From Scenedesmus sp. PABB004 (taxonomy: Eukaryota), in contig JABVCE010000002.1 of NCBI GenBank assembly GCA_014905635.1, positions 2,666,001-2,730,000 on the forward strand: DNA of 64,000 bases, read 5' to 3'. The notes under the pieces were generated by a model. That model was not told the DNA's origin. It worked only from the letters and a program-made list of their open reading frames with translations, and did no database searches. The number at the start of each line of letters is the position of its first letter. Position 1 is the stretch's first letter. Shown one piece after another: positions 1 through 10,560 of the stretch. The translations under genes and the position numbers were made by a program.

Positions 1-390
1 CGGTGTGCACGTGCGCCTGCCGCTGCGGCGGACTGTGGCGCGAGCGGCGGCACGGCACAGCCGTCACACACAGCGGCGGTGCCGCAAACCACAAAACCGC
101 AACCTCAAAACAAAAACATGACGACGGCCCCCCGATCGCGAGCGTGACCGCCGCGAGCCCCGCCGCGCACAGCACATGAGGAGCCGCCCGCCCGGCGGCG
201 CGCGCCCACGCGCTCCGCGCACTCTCCGGCCGCCGACGCGCGGCCCCCGGCGACCCAGAACTTGCATTCACACTGCAAAACACACGATTGTACAGGAGGT
301 GTGCGTGGCGTTTCATTCGCCCGTTGAAGCAGCGCCGCGCCCCGCCGCGCGACGGCGCCCTACTCTACAGCTCCCCGCCCCCGCCGCGCG

Positions 391-1479
391 TCAGCTCTGC
401 GCCGTCCTCGCCGCGCTCGCCTGGTCGGACAGCTCCGGCCGCGCGACCGCGGCCGGCGGCGGCGGCGGCTCGTCGGGCGCGGCGTCGGGCAGCTCGTCGA
501 GGCGGAAGCGGGCCAGGTACATGTCGCCTGACCCAGGGGGGGGGTGTGGGCGGGTGAGGGCGCAGGGCGCGGGGCGCGGGGCAGCGCGGCGTGGCGCGGG
601 GCGTGCGGCGCGGCCTGGCGCGCATCATCGCGCGGCAGCGTGTGCCGCGGGGGGGCTCGCGCACCAAAGATGACCTCGCTGCCGACCTCGACCTCGCAGT
701 TGTCGAGCGGGCCGAGCTCCTGGCCGTTAACCATGGTGCCGTTGGTGGAGTTGAGGTCGGTGATGCACAGCTTGTTGTCCTCTGCAGGCGCGGCCAGGGG
801 CGCGGGCAGAGGCGGGGGCGCGGGCGTCGGCAGCGGCAGCGGCGCAGCGCAGGGCGGCGCGCGCGCGGCGCGGCGCGGCGCAGGGGCGGCCCTGCGCGTG
901 CGCGCGGCGCGGCGCACCGACGCGCAGCAGCGCGTGGCGGCTGGAGACGGTGGGGATGTTGATCTGGATGTCAGCCGGCGAGGCGCGGCCGACCTCAAAC
1001 ACGCCCTCCTTCAGCGGGATGGCGGCCGGCGCCGCGACCTCGTCGCCGATGTGCTCGCTGCTCCCGCTGCCTGCGGGGCGCGGGCGCGCGTGCGGCGGCG
1101 CGGGGCGTCCGGCGCCGCCGCGGCAGCGGGGCGGCGCCGGCGCGGCGCGCGCAGCAGCAGCGCTGACGCGGCGCACCCGTCGGGCGCAGCACCAGCCGCG
1201 CGGAGGTGACGACCGAGGGCAGGCGCGAGACCGCGACGGTGTGGACGCCGCGCTTGTGCTGCTGCGCGACGCCTGCGCGGGCGGCGCGCGGGCAGCAGCG
1301 GCGACGACGCGGCGCGTGTGGGCGGCGGCGTGCCGTGCGCGGCGCGGCGCTGCTTTCATGCAGGCCTCTGCCCACTCGCGCCGCGCCCAGGGCGCCGCAC
1401 CTGTGAGCCGCGCCTGGCGGGCCAGCGAGGCGCCGCTGACGCGCCCGCCGCCGCCGTGCGCGTGGAGCCGCGGCAGCAT
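391..1479 (-). CDS. FHA domain-containing protein, probably plastid-targeted (5 exons)
   Basis: Spliced exons give ...GVFEVGRASPADIQINIPTVSSRHALLRV|EDNKLCITDLNSTNGTMVNG..., with the FHA motifs GR, SxxH and STNGT. Arg/Ala/Ser-rich N-terminus. GT-AG junctions near 1400, 1177, 917 and 664. Confidence 0.85.
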
Positions 1480-1704
1480 GCTGCCCGCTGCCCGCTGGAG
1501 GGCCGGCTGCCGCGCGGCCGCGCTTTGTAGATGTTGCAGTCACGCGACCCGCGCCCTGATCAGGCGCGCCGCGGGGGCGGAGGGCCCGGCGCGCGATGGG
1601 CCTGGGCCGCGAGCGCCCGGGCTGCTGCCGCGTCCCCGCGCAGGCGCACGGGGAGCGCGTCCGCAGCGCGACGGCGCCGGGGGGCCGGGCGTGAACGCGC
1701 GCAC

Positions 1705-1757
1705 GCGAGAGGCGGAGGTGGTGCTGGAAGCGAGAGGCGGAGGTGGTGCTGGAAGCG
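1705..1757. repeat. Perfect 25-bp tandem duplication (GCGAGAGGCGGAGGTGGTGCTGGAA x2)
   Basis: Read directly, in the spacer between the ARP stop and the FHA start. Confidence 0.9.
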
Positions 1758-1977
1758 CGCGGGCGGCTCTCGCTGGCGGCGGGCGGCGGCGCGCGCTGCT
1801 GGGGGCTGCTCCGGTCTGGCGGCGGCGGGAGCGGGCACCGGTGTGTGTGCTCGCCGCGGCCGGCGTCTGCGGTTCTCCGGCGCCCTCAACCGCCGCCACA
1901 AGCGCGGCGGGCCGGCGGCGCGAGCCCGGCCGCCCCGGCCCCAGCCGCCACCGCCTCGCCCAGCCCCGGCTGGCGGG

Positions 1978-4495
1978 TCAGCCGCCGCCGTAGCCGCCCT
2001 CGGCGCGGAGGTAGAAGCACAGCCGCGCGTGGCTGCCGGGCGCGCCGGCGACCCACGTGCGCGCGGGCGTCCACGCGAGCTCCCGGCCGGCGGGGCCGTC
2101 GAGCGCGGCGAGCAGCGCGCCGCCGCGCCACGCCACGTGCGCGGGGTGCGCGCCGCCGCGCGCGGCGGGCTCAATGACGTTGACGCTGCGCGCGAGCCCC
2201 GCGGCGCTGAACCGCGCCATCACGCGGCGCTCGAGCATGGGCCCGAGCCCCCGCAGCCCCGCGCCGGGGCCGCAGAGCAGCACCGCCTTGGCCAGCCGGT
2301 CCGCGAGCTCGGGGCGCGCGCCGGCGGCAGACATTATCGACGCAAACACCGCCTGGCCGCGGGTGGAGGGGCGGAGGCGAGGGGTGGAGGGCGGAGGCCA
2401 GGGCGCGGTGAGGCCGGCGGGCAGGCCGGCGGGGAGGAGCGGAGGACGGCGCCCGAGGCGCGCGCGGCGGCGCGCAGCGCGGCGCCGCACCTCGTCGAGC
2501 GGGACGCCCTCGCGCAGCGCGGCGCCGCCGACGGCGCCCGGCGCCGGCGCCGGCGCCGGCGCCGCGCCCGCCTGCGCGGCGCCGCCGTCGCCGTCGTCGC
2601 CGCCGGGCGGGTCGAGCCCCGGCATCAGGTACAGCCCCGCCGGCGGCGCGGCGCCGTGCCCCGCGTCCGCGGCGGCCTTGAGCTGCGCGGCCAGGTACAT
2701 TCCGTCGGCCGCCGGCAGCGCCGCCACGCGCGCGCGGTGCGCCGCGCGCCACGCGCCCGCGTCGCCGCCGAGGCCTTGGCCGCCGCACCCGCGCGCGCGG
2801 CGCGGCGCGAGGCGCGGGTTGAAGAGCGCCATCGGCGACACCGCCGCCCAGCTGCCGAGCGCGAGCCGCACCTCCTCGCTCGGCCGCCCGCGCGCGCGCA
2901 GCAGCAGGCGCGCCGGCGCGCCCTCCTCGAGGCGCGCCACGTGCTCCAGCCCCGCCGTCAGCGTCTGCTGCGCGCAGTAGCAGTCCTGGCTGACCAGGGC
3001 CTCCAGCTGCAGCGCGCCGTACGCGACCACGCCGCCGCCGCCCTTGTCGCCGGCGCCGCCTTTGTCGCCGTCGCCGCTGCCGACGCCGAGGCAGGCGAGG
3101 CCGAGGCCCGCGGCCGGCGCGTCGGCGGGCCAGTGGCGGAACGCGGTCATCCAGCCGACGCACGCGGCGGCGACGTCGTCCAGGCCCAGCGCGAGGCCCA
3201 CGCGGCTCGCCTGGGGCAGCAGCACGGCGCCGTCGTCGACGCACGCGACCGCCGTCGCGCCCGTGCCGAGCTCGACCACGCACGCGGTGCTCGCGGCGCC
3301 GCTGCCGAGCGCCGCGGCGACGGGCGCGAGGTGGACGACGAGCGAGGCAAAGCCCAGGCGCGACGGCGACAGGAGCAGGTCCGCCAGCAGCCGCACCTGC
3401 GCGCGCGCGGCGCGCCGCGCGCGCGAGGGCGGTGGCGCCGCGCCGCCGCCCGCCGAGCGTGCAGCGCCGCGCACAGCAGCGGCCTGCAGCCCCCAGCCCC
3501 CTCTCCAGCCGCGCGCGCCAGCCCACCTCTTCCGCCGTGGTGTCAACGCCGACAAGCAGCAGCGCCGCCAGGGCGCCCGTCTGCGCCGGCGCCGCGAGCC
3601 TCAGCTCATGCTTCAGCGCCCAGCCCCAGCATGCCTCGAGACTGCGCGCGCGCCGCGGCGGCGGCCCACCGTCAGCGACGCGCGGCAGGGGTGGTCGGGG
3701 CCGCGGAGGTCGGGGCCGCGCCGCGCGGCGCGCTGCGCCGTGCGCGCGCCGGCCCCCAACCCCGCACCGGTCCAGCAGCACGTGGTCGGGCGTGGTGCCA
3801 AAGCCAGCGATGCGGCCGTCCGGCGTCATCAGCCACAGCGGCTGGTACGGCTCGCTGGGCGCCAGCGCGGCGACCTGGCTCGCTGCGAGCACGGGAACGT
3901 AGCCGCCGCCCCCGCCGGGGCCGCTCGCGCCAGGCTGGCCGTCTGCCGCCGCCGCCACCGGCTGCGTCTGCGCCGCGCCGGCGGCGGCGGCGGCCGGCGG
4001 CCGCCGGCGCGTGCGCGTCCAGGCAAAGCCGTCGGATCCCTCAGGCACCTGCCGCCGGCTGACCACGCCCGCCTTGGCTGCAGGAAAGGCGTCGGGCGGC
4101 TGCTCCGCCCGGCCCGCCTGCTGCTGCTGCTGCTCCGGGGCCTGCTGCGGCGGCGGCGCCGCTGGCGGCGGGCGCGGCGGCGGCGGCAGGTGCAGCGCGC
4201 TGTGCACCTCTGCGAGCGCGGCCAGCGCGGCGCCGTCGGGCTCCCACGCGCCCTCCGGCGGCGGCGGCGCCGGCGCGGCGCCAGCGTCGGCGTCAGGCGC
4301 GCTGCTGGTGTTGATCGCCACGGCGTGCGGCACGGCGTGCGGCGCCTCAGCGTTGCCGTAGTTGAGATACAGCAGGCGCTCGCCGGGTTGGAACACCACG
4401 ACGCTGGCGCCCTGCGCCGAAACGTAATCGTGCGCGGACGCCGCCGCCGCGCCCGACGCGCCGCCGCTCGCGGCGGCCCCGGCCGGCGACGCCAT
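1978..4495 (-). CDS. Nuclear actin-related protein, ARP8/plant ARP9-like (INO80 subunit), divergent
   Basis: N-terminal DYVSAQGASVVVFQPGERLLYL...PHAVPHAVA resembles plant ARP9. Actin-fold motifs ACVVELGTGATAVACVDDG, AVLLCGPGA and AWRGGALLAAL. At least 3 GT-AG introns. Confidence 0.7.
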
Positions 4496-4845
4496 CGGCG
4501 GCGGCGGCGCTTCTGGGCCTGCTGGGAGCAGGAGGGACGGCCCCACACACCACGCCGCGCCGCCGCAGCGCTCCAGCAGCGATCCGCTGCTGCCGCCCGG
4601 CGTCCGCGGCGGCAATGGGGCGATCGGCCGCGCGTGTTGCGGCGCCGCGCCCCTGAGAAAGCGCAGTGTGTGGCGGCGGACGGTGAGCGCGTTGAGAGCG
4701 GGCTGCGGCGCCCGCCCGCAGCGGTTGCAGGCGGGCGTCGTGACGGCACGGCGGTCAAGAACGTCTGCGCCTGCCGCCGCACACGCACCACCACGCCCGT
4801 CTCATCGTCAAGCCGCGCCCACGTGCCGGCGCCGACGCAGCTGCG

Positions 4846-7800
4846 ATGGGCAAGAAGCGGCGGCTCGAGGGCGGCAGCGGCGCCGAGCCCGCCGCCGCCG
4901 AGCAGGGCGGCGAGCGCGAGGACGACGCGCAGGAGGTCCCCGGCGCCTGGGGAGGCGGCGGCGGCGCGCCCGGCAGCGCTGGGGGGAGCCGCGTGGAGGC
5001 GGAGCTGGTCTCCTACCTTCAGGAGGTCGCCGCGACGGCGCGCGGCCTCGCCGACGCCGAGGAGCGGTCGCTGCTCGTGGCCAACGTGCTGGAGGAGGTG
5101 TCGGGCAAGGAGCTGCGCATCGCCAACGACGCGGTGACGAGCAGGCTGCTCGAGCAGCTGCTGGCGGGCGCCCCCGCGCCCCAGCTCATGGCCTTCCTCG
5201 GCGCCTTCACCAACGAGGACTCCCTGTTCTCCCTGGCCGGCGGGTGCGCGCGCGCGCCGCGCCGCGCCGCGCCCGCGCCGCGGCGGCCCGCGGCGGCCGG
5301 CGGCGTGCTGTCGCCGCTGCCGCCGCTGCCGCCGGCGCAGCGGCGGCCCTCCTCCGACGCCCGCCCCGGGCGCCCCACGGTCCGCAGCGCCTTCGGCTCG
5401 CACGTCGCGGAGAAGGCGCTCGCGGGGCTGCACGCGGCGGCGGACGGCCTCGAGCCCGAGCCCGCGTCCGCGCTCGCGGCGCTGCTGGGCGGCCTCGTGG
5501 GCGCCATGGGCGGCCACCTCTACGACTACATCCTCGACAAGCATGCCACCCACGTGGCGCGCGCGCTGCTCGTCGCGGTCGCGGGGCGCGACGTGCTCAC
5601 GCCGCTGCCCAAGAAAAAGGCGGCCGCGGCGGCGGCCGCCGCGGCGGCGGCGGCGGAGGACGACGGCGGCGACCCCGCGGTCGCGGCGTCGGCGGCCAAC
5701 GCGCCGGTGCGGCGGCTGGCTCTCGGCCGGCGCACGCAGAGGCTTGGGGCCGGCCCCGACACCGCCACCGCGCCGCCCCGCCGCGCAGGCGTTCAAGCCC
5801 GGGCGCAGCGCGCTGGCCGAGAAGCTGGAGGGCAGCCGGCCTGGCGGCGCGCGCGGCGGCGGCGCCGGCGCGCCGCCGGCCCGCTTCCCCGACCTGTTGC
5901 GCAAGTTGGCCAAGATGCTGCCCATCTACGACGCGCCCGCGATGGCGCTGCTCGCCAAGGACAGCCACGCGAGCCCCTTTGTGCAGGCCGTGCTGCGCGC
6001 GGCGGCGGGCGACGAGTGAGCGGGCGGCGGCAGCCGGCGCGCGGCGCGGCGCGCCGCTGCGGCTGCGTTGGCTCACCGCCGCCGCCGCCGCCGCCGCCGC
6101 CGCGTGCGGCCGCGCAGGGAGCTGCTGGGCCTGCTGCTGCCGCCCGTGCTGGGCGTGGACGCGGCCAAGGCGGGCGCCGCGGCGCCGGGCGCCGTGCTGG
6201 CCACGCTGACGGACAGCTCCGTGGGGCGGCTGCTGCGCGACGACGTCGCGAGCCACCTCATGGAGGTCGCGGTCGGCGTGATGCCGCCGGGCCTGGGCGC
6301 CGAGTTTGAGTCGCGCTTCCTCACCGGCCGCCTGCTGCCGCTGTCCAACCACCACGCCGCCAACTTTGTCATCCAGGCCTGGCTCGCCGCGGCGAGCAGC
6401 CCGGGCCAGGTCCAGGCCGCGCTCGGCGAGCTGGGGCGCGCCGTGGCCGACCTGCTGCAGCGCCGGCGCAGCGGCGTCGTCGCGGCGCTCGTGGCGGCGG
6501 CGGGGCGCGTGGGCGGCCCGGCGCAGCAGGCGGCGGCGCTCGAGGCGCTCGCGGCGGGGCTGGGCGCGCTGCCGCAGTGGCAGGGCCGCCAAGGTGCGGC
6601 GGCGGAGGGCAGCGGCGGCGGCGGGCGCGGCGGCAGCCGGCCGCGGCAGCCGCCTCGTCGCCCCCGGGGCGCACGCGCCGCCGCCCACGCGCCGCGCCGC
6701 ACGCCGGCCGCGCCGCACCGCGCGCTGCGCAGGGTCGGACCACCTCGCGCCCGCGCTGCTCTGCCTCGACACGACCGCCGCGCTCGGCGCCGGCGCCGCG
6801 CACGCGCACGCGCACGGCCGCGCGCACGGCCGCGGCGGCGGCCCGCGGCTGAGCACGCCGGGCGCGGCGCTGCTGGGGACCATTCTCACACTCTACCCGC
6901 GCAAGCCCGCGCGGCCCTGGGTGGCCAGCGTGACGGCGCTGAGCCCGGGCGACGCCGCGGCCGCGGCGCGCGACCCCGCGGGCTCGCGCGCGCTGCAGGC
7001 GCTGCTCGAGGGCGGCGCCGCGGGCGCGGCCGACAAGGCGGCGCTGCTGGGCAGGCTCGCGGGCGCGTGGGGCGACGTCGCGCTGCAGGGCGCGGGAAGC
7101 TTCTTCCTGGAGCGGGCGTACGCCTGGGCGGTGAGCGGCGATGGCGCCGCCGCGCCCCGCCCCGCCCCGCGCCGCGCCACGCCGCCACCACCGCCGCAAT
7201 GCGCGCCGCGGTCATTCCCGCCCACGCCGCCCCGCCTGCGCCACGCCGCGCCGCGCCGCGGCAGGACCTGGCGGGCAAGGAGGCCATCGTGGCAGAGGTG
7301 GCGGCGCGGCAGGACGCGCTGCTGGCGGGCTGCCCCTGGGGGCCGCTGCTGGCGCGCAAGCTCGCGCTGGAGGCGTACGTGCGCAGGTGCGGCGCGCGCG
7401 CTGCTCGGGCCGCCCACCGCGGCTGCCGGCCGCGGCGCGCAGCGCAAGCCCCGGCCGCGCGCCGACGCTGCCGCCGCGGCCGCGGCGACCGACGCGCAGC
7501 CCCGAGGAGTGGCGCAAGCGCGCCGCCTCGGCGTCTGCCGCCAAGCGCGAGCTGGAGTCGGTGCTGGCGGGCGAGGGCGGCGGCGGCAAGAAGCGCAAGC
7601 GCCAAAAGGGCGCCGGCGACGGCGGGGCGCAGCCGGACGCTGCACCCGACGCGGCCGCCGCGAACGGCGGCGGCGAGGGCGACGGCGGCGGCGGCGGCGG
7701 CAGCAGCAGCAGCAAAAAGGAGCGGAAGAAGGCGCGACGCGAGGCTGCCGCCGCCGCAGCAGCCGCCGCGCTGGCGGGCGGCGACGCGGCGCAGCAGCCG

Positions 7801-8112
7801 GACGGCGGCGGCGACGACGCGCGGCGGGCCGCCAAGCGGGCGGAGAAGCGCAAGCGCTCGGAGGGCGGCGGTGGCGCCGCAGCGGCGGCGGCCGAGGCGC
7901 TGGCCAGCGCCGAGCGGCCGCCCAAGCAGAAGAAGCGCAACGGGCAGGAGGCAGCGGCGCAGGGCGGCGGCGGCGGCGGCGCGGCCAAGCGCGGCCGCAG
8001 CAGCCCGCAGCCGACGGCGATGGACACGGACGACATTGTGGCGCTGCTCAGCTTTGGCGGCGGTGGCGGCGGCGGCAAGGCCGCCAAGCGCCACAAAAAG
8101 GGGCGCGCGTGA
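4846..8112 (+). CDS. NOP9: Nucleolar Pumilio-repeat protein NOP9/APUM23-like (about 7 exons)
   Basis: EERSLLVANVLEEVSGKELRIANDAVTSRLLEQLL, FGSHVAEK, ASHLMEV, HAANFVIQ and GSRALQA are PUF-repeat motifs. Lys-rich C-tail. Confidence 0.85.
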
Positions 8113-8763
8113 GGGCGGCGGCGGCGGCGGCGGCGAGGGGCGGCCCTGAGCGTAACTCGTCCCAATTCCCAGCGTGTGCGCGCGCCCCCACCTCCCCCGC
8201 CAAAGCCCAGTCTCATCAGGGAACCAAAGAATCCGTCGACGCCGCCTGCCCGCCCGCCTGCCTGCCTGCCTGCCTACGTGCCGCCGCCCAGCAGAGGTGG
8301 GGGGTGCAGAGTTCAGGGGGATGCGCAGTCGTGCCGCGCCGCCGGCCCAAGCGATGCGGTCGCAGAAAGAAAGTTCACGTGCACGTGGGGAAGGCTGCTG
8401 CTACAGCTGCGCGCGGCGTGTGCTGCATCTTATTTGCTCGCGCGCTGGCGGCAGCGCCAGCGATACTCGCCTGCAGGTGCCCCGCCGCCTGCGCGGGAGG
8501 CTGCCTGCCTCGCGCAAGCGCGGAGCGGCGCATGCGTACGTGTGAGAGACATCCTGCTGGCAGTGCTCTGCGCTCAGGAACGTTCAGTGCTCGCGCGGCG
8601 CGCCCGTGCGGCGGCCGTGCATCGGTCAATCGTTGGTGTGCGCGCGGGCGCACGGGGCAACGCCTGGGGTGCACCTGTCGCTATTGGGAGAGTTGCTGGC
8701 AAGGAATGCGCGTGTGTGCAGTGATGTGTGAAGGATGAGGATGATCCACCCCGCCCGCCGAGC

Positions 8764-10514
8764 CTAGGCCAGCGCCGCGCCGCCGGCAGGGTGCGCGGCC
8801 CCGACCGCCTGCGCCTTGGCCACCGGGCCGCCCGGGCCGCCCCGCGGCACGGCCGTGACGTGCACGGTGGCCGCGGCCTCCTGGCCGAGCGTGCCGTGCG
8901 GCAGCAGGGGCGCCGCCGGCAGCTCGGGCGCCGCACGCGCGACGCGGCCGTCCGGAAACACGCGGTGCCCCGTGGGCAGCAGCACCGGCGCGCCCAGCGC
9001 GATGGCCTGCCGCCACGCCTGGCTCACCACCAGGCTCGCCACGCTGCCCTCGCCCAGCGCGGCCACGGCCTGGGCGGCGGGCGAGGGCGACGGCACGGCC
9101 GGCTGCTTGGGCGCCGCGCGCGTGATGACGGCCACGCCGTCCGCCAGCTCCGGCAGGCCGCGGCCGCCCGCCGCGGCGGGGGCCGGCCTCACCGGGACGC
9201 TGGGCGGCCGCGCGACGCGCGCCGCCACGGCCGCGGCCGCCGCGGCCAGCGCCGCGGTCATTGCGCCGGCTGCGCCGGAGGCGGCCGCGGCATCGGGCCC
9301 GCACGCCGCGGAGCTGCACGCCGGCGGCTGGGGCACCACCGCCGCCGCCGCCGCCGTCGCCGCCGCCGCCGCCGCCGCGACCGTTGTCCCCAGGCCGAGG
9401 GCGCCGGGGTGGATGGGCCCCTCCGCCTCGCCCTGCTGCTCGCCCGCCTGGTGCTGCCGGTAGGGCTTGACGGCCGGCCGCACCGTCTGCGGCGCGCGGG
9501 GCGGGCAGCTCGGGCGTCGGACGGGGCCTGCGCCGCGCGCGCGCCGCGCCGCCGTGCTGCGCGCCGTGCGGCGCGCCCCGCGCGGCCCGCGCTCCACAGC
9601 ACGCCCCGCTCACGTTGCGCCGCACGACCCGCTCCCTGCCGTTCTTCCAGAAGGGGAAGAGGCCGTTGGTGGGGCGGTCGATGCCGTTGTTGGTCTTGTA
9701 GATGCCGCACGCGTTGCACAGCGTGCGCCCGGCGTCATCCTGCGGCGGCGGCGGCGCGGGCCCGGTGAGGGCGCCGCCGGCGGCCAGCGCGCGCGGCCGG
9801 CGGGGTGCCCCGGCGCGGCGCGCGCCCGGTCGCGCGGGCGGCTGCGCACCTTGTCGCGGCGCCACAGGCAGGTGTGGTCGCTGCCGCAGTTGGCGCAGCA
9901 CACGGGCTTGCCGTTGCTGGTGCGCCGGACAGGGCGGTAGGGCGCGGGCGAGCCGCGCTGCTTGGCGGCGGCGCCGGGGCGCGGCGGCGCCACCTGCGGC
10001 CGCGGCGGGCCGGGGTCAGGCGCGGCCGGTGCGGCGGGCGGCGCAGCCGCGGCAGCCAGGCAGGTGCCGGCACACACCGCGCGGCGCGCGCCGCGCGCTC
10101 ACCAGCTGCTGCTTGTGCTCCGCGCCAAAGCGGCTGATCACGCGCCCCGCCTTGGCCTTGTGGCTGCTGCCCTCGCTGAGGCTGCCCTCATCGCTGACGC
10201 CCTGGCGGCTGCCGCCGCGCCCCGCAAAGGTGGGGCTGGCGCTGCGCGAGCCGGTGTCGTCCAGCTCCGCCCCGTCGCACACACCGTCGCAGCCGTGCGG
10301 CGCGGAGCGCGCGGCCTGCAGGCCCGGCGGCGCGGCCTCGAACCACGCGCCTGGCGACGCGCCGCCCGCGCTGTGCGGCCGGCCGGCGTGCTGCGGGCTG
10401 CGGCTTCCCTGGATGGCGGCCCAGGCCTTGGAGAAGCCGCCGTCGCCGCCGGCCTGGTGGCTCCGCGCGCCGCGGGGCGCGCCGCCGCCGGCCGCGTCGG
10501 CGCCGCCGGCGCCG

Positions 10515-10560
<46 letters not shown>

